A stretch of DNA of 27,710 nt from contig JBAXYC010000001.1 in assembly GCA_037127615.1 (NCBI GenBank), forward strand, positions 1-27,710, in the 5' to 3' direction. The notes under the pieces were generated by a model. It was not told the origin of the DNA and did no database searches. It saw only the letters and a program-made list of their open reading frames with translations. This document shows positions 8,735-15,737 of this stretch, in pieces. This DNA comes from a bacterium (GTDB taxonomy: Bacteria > Patescibacteriota > Minisyncoccia > Phycocordibacterales > PALSA-1337). A program made the position numbers and the translations under genes. Position 1 is the first letter of the stretch, and each line of letters begins with the position of its first letter.

Positions 8735-10837
8735 CTATATCCCAATCTCTGGGTATCGCATTTCCTCCTCTTCCTCAATCGGATAATTGTTGTTTCTTTT
8801 CTCGTATACGAACGTCATTGCGATAGCATCAGGAATTGAAATATCAACACCATCTTCTCGCAATGTCTCTTTGTCGATAATCTGCATATTGTTGTCACGC
8901 TCTTTCCATGTAATATAGAGAAGATCATCAAAGCGTGGTCGGTTGAATAGTTTACCACCGCCTCGAAGCCACTTCGCTAACTTTCCAAAACTGGCTGCGT
9001 ACAAATCTTCATAGTGTCCATCGTTACTAAACATATATTTTCTCGTAACATCAAGCCCGTATCTCTGGCGATTCTCATATTTGTCGAGAATGAATTTACC
9101 TTCAGCATATTTTCTTACAAGCTTGCATAGCTCAACTCCGTTACCGCTATCATCTATGAATATATTCTGATCTGAAAGTGGCACTTCATATTTCTGTGCC
9201 AGTTCAACTACTTTTCTTGCCACTACATCTGGATCAGTTACCATCTCGTAATACAAAAGTTCTGCTCCATTTTCAGTTCGAAGTACGATGGTCGAGTGAG
9301 TTCTTCGTGTATCTGCTAGTATAACTCCGAGCATGCCTTCTCCACGAAGAGAAATCTTTTCATGATAGCTGTCATTGAGCAACTTCTCATCAAAGAGAGG
9401 AAAATATCCCTTGTTGATTCTCGAGTCTTGCTCAATGACACTGAGTACCAATATACCCAGAGCATCACAGAGGTCATCGTGTGTTTCACTTCCGAATCCA
9501 AGGAGTTGAGTGATTAATTTCTCAGCACCTTTTCGTGGAAATACCACTGTGCCAGATTGAATGTGATTTGACACTAGTGATAGCCTCGCTCGTTTGTCTG
9601 ATCCACCAGTCTTCCATTCCTTGGCAGGATATCCATCAGAGCGTAATTGATCAACGATGGCTTTTTGGTATGCAACCGACTCAATCCACATAGATACAGG
9701 AACTCTGTTACCGAGAGTGGTAGAGAGTATTTTTACCCTTGATATGGTTTCAGTGAAGTCTAGTTGTTCATTTATGGGATTTGGTAATACATATATCTTT
9801 AAATTCTTCTTTCTTCCATAAATATTTCCTAATACTATGGCAGTCGAGTCGTTATCACTTTTCTGTCCGATAGCAGGATCTACTCCCATACCTGCATAGC
9901 GGAGATTGTCATTCGTTGGTAGCTCATCGTAATACTGTATCCATTCTTGACGTATTAGCTGGGCGTCATCAGAAACAATATTGAGCATGTACTCACGCTC
10001 CCATGCTTGGAGGCTTGGTACTGATTTTCGCAGGGTATCGATATCGCTCTGTAGGGGAAACTTCTCAGACCACATGGCAGTATCGTCAGCTTTGAGAAAT
10101 GGATACTTTTTGGTGACTCCATTCATTCGACCCTCGATGATTGCAGTTTTGAGCTTTGTGATTAATGAATCGTGATGAAGCGCAGTTCCAATGACCACAA
10201 GTCTCGTATCCTTGTCTCCAAGGGGTATTACGTCACCTGTAAGCCACTTGAACATCTTGTTACGGCTTTCCTGGGTCTTTACGATATCCAAGTCTTCTAG
10301 GTCGTCACAGATTATTAAGTCTGGTCTGTGAGCACCATGCTTGATACCACGAATTGAGCTTTCAATTGATGCTACGGTAATTCGTGCTCCATATTTTGGA
10401 AGCACAATACTTGTTACTCTCCATTCATCATCTGGTTCCTCGAATGGTCCTAGGTCTGAACGCAAAAGTCCGTTTGATTCCAACTCTATTTTTATATTCG
10501 CTAGATACTGCCTTGCCTGAGATTCAGTCTTTGCAATCATGAGGACAAACTTCTTTTGCTGGACTCCCAGTATCGACCAGATGGCATATGAAGTACCCAT
10601 GATCGTAGTTTTTCCCGATCCTCGAAAGGCTTCGATCACTACTGTTTTATCTTTCTCGTCTTCAGTGACTTCAAACAACTCTTCCTGAAATCGTGCCGTC
10701 TTGTATTTTACATAGTGAGCAAAGTACACATGGAAAAACCAGTGATGACAGGCTTTGGTCAGCTCACGTCGAATACGCTGATCTTTGACGATCAGATCAA
10801 TCTTTTCTTTTTGCATTTCAATATCATGATCATGCAT
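8735..10837 (-). CDS. terL: Phage terminase large subunit with an extra C-terminal domain
   Basis: Walker A FRGSGKTT, Walker B LIICDDLE, nuclease motifs GVDPA...DSTAIV, IESVAYQ and HDDLCDAL, then about 220 additional residues. Confidence 0.85.
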   Translation of the reverse strand: MHDHDIEMQKEKIDLIVKDQRIRRELTKACHHWFFHVYFAHYVKYKTARFQEELFEVTEDEKDKTVVIEAFRGSGKTTIMGTSYAIWSILGVQQKKFVLMIAKTESQARQYLANIKIELESNGLLRSDLGPFEEPDDEWRVTSIVLPKYGARITVASIESSIRGIKHGAHRPDLIICDDLEDLDIVKTQESRNKMFKWLTGDVIPLGDKDTRLVVIGTALHHDSLITKLKTAIIEGRMNGVTKKYPFLKADDTAMWSEKFPLQSDIDTLRKSVPSLQAWEREYMLNIVSDDAQLIRQEWIQYYDELPTNDNLRYAGMGVDPAIGQKSDNDSTAIVLGNIYGRKKNLKIYVLPNPINEQLDFTETISRVKILSTTLGNRVPVSMWIESVAYQKAIVDQLRSDGYPAKEWKTGGSDKRARLSLVSNHIQSGTVVFPRKGAEKLITQLLGFGSETHDDLCDALGILVLSVIEQDSRINKGYFPLFDEKLLNDSYHEKISLRGEGMLGVILADTRRTHSTIVLRTENGAELLYYEMVTDPDVVARKVVELAQKYEVPLSDQNIFIDDSGNGVELCKLVRKYAEGKFILDKYENRQRYGLDVTRKYMFSNDGHYEDLYAASFGKLAKWLRGGGKLFNRPRFDDLLYITWKERDNNMQIIDKETLREDGVDISIPDAIAMTFVYEKRNNNYPIEEEEEMRYPEIGI

Positions 10838-11228
10838 GTTTTTCCTTTATACCTAATGCCTCTCTCACCAACGCTTCCTGCTCGGGAGTCATAGGATCTT
10901 CAGCTTCGATTTTTGTTCTCACCTCAAGTTTGTTTCCATATTTCGGATGGTGCTGGCGGAGCCACAATTGCACAGCAGAGAAATTCTTTTCTTTGATGAG
11001 AGTGATGAGCTGTGACTCACTCAAATCATTGATCATTTCTTCACCCTCGTTCATAGCTTCTTCTGACTCTTTTTTGAATTTTGAATCTTCACGGCACCAT
11101 CTGTAATATGTGGTGCGACCAATATTCGCTCGCTCACAGGCAATCTGCACGATGGGAACTTTGCGAAGCTGTTCGAGAAGCACTTTTTGCTCCACAGTCT
11201 GCCTTCTTTTTGTTGATGGTTTTTTCAT
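10830..11228 (-). CDS. Putative terminase small subunit (HTH protein)
   Basis: HTH IVQIACERANIGRTTYYRW, helical middle and SAVQLWLRQHHPKYG. It lies directly upstream of terL and overlaps it by 8 nt. Confidence 0.7.
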   Translation of the reverse strand: MKKPSTKRRQTVEQKVLLEQLRKVPIVQIACERANIGRTTYYRWCREDSKFKKESEEAMNEGEEMINDLSESQLITLIKEKNFSAVQLWLRQHHPKYGNKLEVRTKIEAEDPMTPEQEALVREALGIKEKHA

Positions 11229-11983
11229 AGCTGTACCGCTTTAATGCCTGTTAATTTCTCAAATCTATCTATCGTCGTCTGTACGTACTCGGGATCGTAT
11301 TCAATGCCAATACATTTTCTCTTTGTCTGTTCACAAGCAATGAGGCAGGTACCTGATCCCATGAAGCCGTCAAATACCGTATTGCCAATCCTCGTGCTAT
11401 TGAGGATCAAATGTCGGATGAGAGGTACTGGTTTAGTTGTGGGGTGGAGAGGGCTCTTGTTTGGTTTCGGATACACGATGACGCTCTTGTCTTTTGATTT
11501 TAGGAATTCGTGCGTGCCATGCCATCCGTATGCGATGAGTTCGTGCATTGGGGCATAGTCCATTCGTCCAATGACCGCATGAGTCTTTACCCACACAATG
11601 AGTTGGGCGAATTTGCATCCTGCTTGTTTCACACCTTCACGCAAGGCAAATATCATCTTGTCAGAGTTGAAGATATACATTGCATTTTTCTTTTCAAGAT
11701 GTGGAATGACAGCATCGAGCCAGTCTTTAGTGAAAGATATATATTCCTCATCACTTTGAATGTGGTCGTTTTCGATTACCTTGTCTTTCTTCAGGCTTTG
11801 GAAGTTTCTTTTTGATTCGGTGACAGCAATTCCATACGGTGGATCAACTATCACCGCCTTTATCTTCTGCCTACCGACCACCTTCGCTACAAACTCTTTG
11901 TCTCTACTGTCACCACATCCGAGTATGTGGTCACCAAGTTTCCAAATGGTTCCTGCCTTAATTGAGTTTTGTGATTTTTCCAT
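11225..11983 (-). CDS. N6-adenine/N4-cytosine DNA methyltransferase, beta class
   Basis: Motif IV DPPY precedes HPTTKP and motif I FDGFMGSGT. Start placed at ATG 11983 (MEKSQ) to avoid a long overlap with the upstream gene. Confidence 0.9.
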   Translation of the reverse strand: MEKSQNSIKAGTIWKLGDHILGCGDSRDKEFVAKVVGRQKIKAVIVDPPYGIAVTESKRNFQSLKKDKVIENDHIQSDEEYISFTKDWLDAVIPHLEKKNAMYIFNSDKMIFALREGVKQAGCKFAQLIVWVKTHAVIGRMDYAPMHELIAYGWHGTHEFLKSKDKSVIVYPKPNKSPLHPTTKPVPLIRHLILNSTRIGNTVFDGFMGSGTCLIACEQTKRKCIGIEYDPEYVQTTIDRFEKLTGIKAVQL

Positions 11984-13244
11984 TTGGATTGAGTTGTTTA
12001 AATCTGTTAATGATGAGTTGGCAAAAAATGGGTTCCATCTCACAGAGGTACGCTGTGCGTTTCAATTGCTCGCATGCAGACATGATGCTTCCAGACCCAG
12101 CCGTTAGGTCGAGGACGATGTCGTTTGGGCGAGTGCATCTTCGTAATGCTTTCTCGTGAAGTGTTGGAGGTTTTTGCGTTGGATGTTTGTAGTCTTGTGA
12201 CGGAAGTCTTTTGACTAACCAAATATTCAGCATGTCCAAAATGTCATCACTAAGACGATTACCCGTCGTCGCTTCTTTGTTGAGAACCTCGTTTAGATTT
12301 TTCACCTTATCAGAAAGATATGGCGAACCGACCGTCCCGTACACACAGTATTCAGTCACCTTGTTGAAGGCGACATTCGGCGTGGGCGATGCATTGTCTT
12401 TGATCCAAATACAGAGTCGCTTGAAATCGATACCTAATTCTTTGTATATTCCTTGAAGCAAATATACGTATCGTTCATCGCACCAGAACATGATGTGGGC
12501 ATCCTTCTTGGAGACCTTGAGCGCATTCTGAATCAATGTCTTTAGGAATGTGTGATATTCACTTTCAGATTTGCTGTCATTGGTCGTTCCTCCATACTTT
12601 GCTTTGTTACCAACACCCTTGTCGTACGAAAGACCGATATTAAACGGCGGATCATCATTGACCATATCGGCTTGTTTTCCGTCCATGAGTTTCTTTACTG
12701 CCTCGGGATCAAGCGAACTTCCGCAAATTAATCTGTGTCTGCCAATCTGGAAAATGTCGCCAGTTTTAATATCAGTTTCCTTGATCTTCTCTAACTCCTT
12801 TTCTTCATCGAAGTTGTCATCCGTCACTTCAAGTGAATCATCAAAAATATTTGTGAGATCAGTCGAATCAAACCCACTTGTTAAAAGGGTATCGATATCG
12901 AAGTCACTTGCCAGTATCTCCCAGTCCCATGATCCACCCGATCTATTCGAGGTGAGCAAGTACTGTTTGAACTCACTTTGCGTGAGCTTTCTGTTAGGCG
13001 TTCGCACTTCAATTAATTCTTCTCCTCGACCAAGGAGCTGGAGCGCTTTGATGCGCTGATGTCCTGCGCATATCTTTCCATCGAGATTGATGGCAGGCAG
13101 TTCAGCAAGATTGAACTTCTTCAAACTTTCTTTTAAATCTTCCATCTGCTTCTCGGTGATCTTACGAGGGTTTTTCTCATATGGGAGCAGATCGTTCACT
13201 CGGCGCTTTTCGGTGCGCCAGACCAATGCTTGTAGTTTTGACAT
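11958..13244 (-). CDS. ParB/sulfiredoxin-like domain fused to a beta-class DNA methyltransferase
   Basis: N-terminal LLPYEKNPR...ICAGHQRIKAL, then DPPF, HPTQKP and LDLTAGSGS. Confidence 0.85.
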   Translation of the reverse strand: MSKLQALVWRTEKRRVNDLLPYEKNPRKITEKQMEDLKESLKKFNLAELPAINLDGKICAGHQRIKALQLLGRGEELIEVRTPNRKLTQSEFKQYLLTSNRSGGSWDWEILASDFDIDTLLTSGFDSTDLTNIFDDSLEVTDDNFDEEKELEKIKETDIKTGDIFQIGRHRLICGSSLDPEAVKKLMDGKQADMVNDDPPFNIGLSYDKGVGNKAKYGGTTNDSKSESEYHTFLKTLIQNALKVSKKDAHIMFWCDERYVYLLQGIYKELGIDFKRLCIWIKDNASPTPNVAFNKVTEYCVYGTVGSPYLSDKVKNLNEVLNKEATTGNRLSDDILDMLNIWLVKRLPSQDYKHPTQKPPTLHEKALRRCTRPNDIVLDLTAGSGSIMSACEQLKRTAYLCEMEPIFCQLIINRFKQLNPNGKITKLN

Positions 13245-13281
13245 GGTTAATGTTGTTAACTGTTAATAATTTCCTTTGCAT

Positions 13282-13319
13282 AACAAAAACCAGCATACGT
13301 GGATATGCTGGTTTTTGTT
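13282..13319. terminator. Perfect 16-bp hairpin, terminator-like on both strands
   Basis: AACAAAAACCAGCATA-cgtgga-TATGCTGGTTTTTGTT. Confidence 0.75.
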
Positions 13320-13445
13320 GTTGCATTACTTTTTTTCTTTGGCTCTAAAAATTTCACTTGAACAACAAAAATCGCATAACACACGCATATATGTATGATT
13401 TTGTTAATCCAGTGAAATCTTCAAGCTCCTCCTATTCGTTTATTT

Positions 13446-13690
13446 AAACTCCACGGTTAGGAAACTTACAGTCGGGAGACCCTGCGACGGCTTCAGAGGT
13501 TTGAGAGAAGTATCTGCCCACCCTTACGAGTGGCGAGAGGTGCTGTCATATCCTTCCATCCTCAGAATCGGCAACGATGGATGACTACGCCTTGGATCGC
13601 ACCCAAGGCAAGGAGTTTGACTAGCTGTTCAAAATACATTGAACGCTCTCTTGTATTTGTTTTGAAAAGGACGGGCTTGCGATTGCAAGT
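13446..13690. ncRNA. Candidate structured non-coding RNA (family unassigned)
   Basis: Closing stem AAACTCC/GGAGTTT encloses several hairpins, four of them with GNRA or UNCG-type loops. No credible ORF covers the region. Confidence 0.4.
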
Positions 13691-14295
13691 TGAGTTAATT
13701 GTAGCGCTGTCACAGGCAGTGTCAAGAAAAAGTTTCGCAGAAAACTCATGTGGCACACCACTTTGGCACAGTGTGCTGTTCCAGTATCTCGAATATATCC
13801 TTGTGGTGCTTGGTGGAGGATACCTGATCTTTCTCCAATCTCACTTTTTGGAACAGTGCCTTTTTGTGTGCCAAGTTGTGCCATTTGTAAATCCAAGACC
13901 CGACCTTCGTGCCTCATTTCTCGTTTTCAAAATGTGCTAGAATACCCTTGTGGTGCCTCACTCGTGGGGTACTTAACTCACATACACCGCCCGTGAGTGA
14001 GCGTAGCGAACGAACAAGGAAAAGGAGCGGTGTGCCTGCGCACACCGCGTGGGGATTCGAAAGACTTTTCTGTGTCGCGCCTGGGCGAGACCAGAAAAGT
14101 ACCTGCCGATGTAGTCGGCGAATCCCCCCCTTTTTTTCTTCCGTCAACACGAGTTAGCCCGACCACCTCTAGGTAGTCTGGCTCTCGAGATACGTCATTT
14201 TGAAAAATGAGAAGAAGTAAAAGAGAATGACCGCTTAACACCGACAACGTGTTTTATGGTATAGTATTTTCGCAACTGAATATGTAGGATTAAGA

Positions 14296-14826
14296 ATGAT
14301 TACTAAGATAGAAATTAATATGCAACCATACCAACAAACTTACAGAGTATTTACATTTATATGGGGGTTCCTGATTTTTTGGAATTTATTTATAGCCGTA
14401 GGAGCTTTACTTGGTGGGGCGGTATCTCACACACCACAAGTTATAGAGTACGCGCTTCTGATCTGGTTCACTGTCAGCATCGTCGGAACGATTTTATTAT
14501 TCCTAACTGTTAAAGGGGCTCCTATTATTAAAGAATTCAAAACAAAATTATTTGTGATTATAATTATGGTCTGTGCTTCTTTTTTTCCAACTCTTCCATC
14601 ACTATTTCACGCTCAAATTTCAGATTATATAGTCTCGTGGGAAGCGGCACACTGTATTCAAAGTGGCGAACATACTGTAGGGGGTCAATCTTATAGCATT
14701 CCTGAGTATATTTATACATGCGATAACGGAGACAAGGTATACAAAAGTAGTGATACAAATGTTACAAAAAGATTCTGGGATGGAGGAATACAATCGGCAC
14801 ATTACCCTTACAGCTTATTCTATTAG
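14296..14826 (+). CDS. Hypothetical membrane protein
   Basis: About three hydrophobic helices followed by a small domain with two Cys. The start could be ATG 14320. Confidence 0.65.
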   Translation: MITKIEINMQPYQQTYRVFTFIWGFLIFWNLFIAVGALLGGAVSHTPQVIEYALLIWFTVSIVGTILLFLTVKGAPIIKEFKTKLFVIIIMVCASFFPTLPSLFHAQISDYIVSWEAAHCIQSGEHTVGGQSYSIPEYIYTCDNGDKVYKSSDTNVTKRFWDGGIQSAHYPYSLFY

Positions 14827-14867
14827 GAGATATTTCCAATATCGTCTTAGTCCAAACAAAAAAACGG

Positions 14868-15734
14868 ATGCTCCAATCAATCCACAACCGCATCCTTGCA
14901 CATGAACGCCCAAAACGAAAAGCAATTTCGAGTAGATTTCCTATATTAGTCACCCCCGCAGTCTTTACGAAAAGAATGCTGCGCACCATAAAAAATAAGA
15001 CGACACTAAAAAAACTCAGACAAAAAGATTTTCTCCCATGCGTCATTGCTCGCCACTCGAGCCTGCTCTATAGAAAGCTCGGCGACAGCGACGCCGAGCT
15101 CCAGGTAAATAAAGTGACGAACCTGAGGATTGCTCTCCAGCCGCTCAACGGCATCGTTATCGAGCCAGGACAAACATTTTCACTCTGGGATATTGTTGGT
15201 AAAATAAGCACAAAACGCGGCTTCGTCGAAGGAATGCTCCTTTCAAATGGCGCTGTGTCAAAAGGTGTCGGTGGTGGTCTTTGTCAACTTTCAAACTTTC
15301 TATTTTGGATCCTGCTCCATGCGGACGTCGAGATCATCGAGCGCCACCACCATTCTGTAGACGTCTTTCCAGACTCAGGCCGCACCCTCCCATTTGGTAG
15401 CGGCGCCACTATTTTTGACAACTACCTTGATCTTAAAATCAAAAACATTTCTTCCCACCCACTTCAAATAAAACTCTGGCTCACCGACAGCTGTCTCAAA
15501 GGCCAGCTCCTTTCCGACGCCCCCGCTGAAAAAAAATTCCACATCGTCGAAAAAAACCATTGCTTCATAAAAAGAAACGGCAAGTATTTTCGTTACAACG
15601 AGCTGCATCGTGAGGTCCTCAAAAATGGCGAGAAGCTCGATGAAGAAAAAATCCTCGTCAACTTTGTTCCTGTCGTTTACCCTGTCACTGACGAGTATCT
15701 TCAGAAGCATAACCACCACGTAATCTTACTCTAA
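14868..15734 (+). CDS. VanW-domain protein
   Basis: NLRIA...NGIVIEPGQTFS, GVGGGLCQLS, ERHHHS and GATI...DLKIKN match the VanW/YoaR family pattern. Confidence 0.88.
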   Translation: MLQSIHNRILAHERPKRKAISSRFPILVTPAVFTKRMLRTIKNKTTLKKLRQKDFLPCVIARHSSLLYRKLGDSDAELQVNKVTNLRIALQPLNGIVIEPGQTFSLWDIVGKISTKRGFVEGMLLSNGAVSKGVGGGLCQLSNFLFWILLHADVEIIERHHHSVDVFPDSGRTLPFGSGATIFDNYLDLKIKNISSHPLQIKLWLTDSCLKGQLLSDAPAEKKFHIVEKNHCFIKRNGKYFRYNELHREVLKNGEKLDEEKILVNFVPVVYPVTDEYLQKHNHHVILL

Positions 15735-15737
15735 AAA

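Larger units (their letters stand above)
4818..14133. mobile_element. Integrated phage-related island downstream of tRNA-Ser (serine recombinase, terminase, methyltransferases; no virion genes)
   Basis: Gene content, position next to a tRNA, and a 15-bp direct repeat of the tRNA 3' end (4800-4814 = 14119-14133). Both boundaries are inferred. Confidence 0.65.

Noticed and set aside
13559-13565. Hammerhead core CTGAGGA on the minus strand
   Set aside because: No downstream GAAA or stem II/III geometry.
13500-13590. SAM-I riboswitch (CGGCAAC and GGTGCT fragments upstream of methyltransferases)
   Set aside because: The fragments are in the wrong order and on the strand opposite the genes, and the P1/kink-turn/pseudoknot elements are missing.
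13751-13775. Sigma54 promoter (TGGCAC)
   Set aside because: No TTGC at the -12 spacing, and the motif occurs as symmetric inverted pairs.
13530-14247. Short overlapping ORFs in the island's right end
   Set aside because: They occur in several frames on both strands with no motifs; the region is better explained as structured non-coding sequence.
14868-15734. Vancomycin-resistance cluster
   Set aside because: No vanH/A/X or vanR/S genes; VanW domains are widespread outside van clusters.
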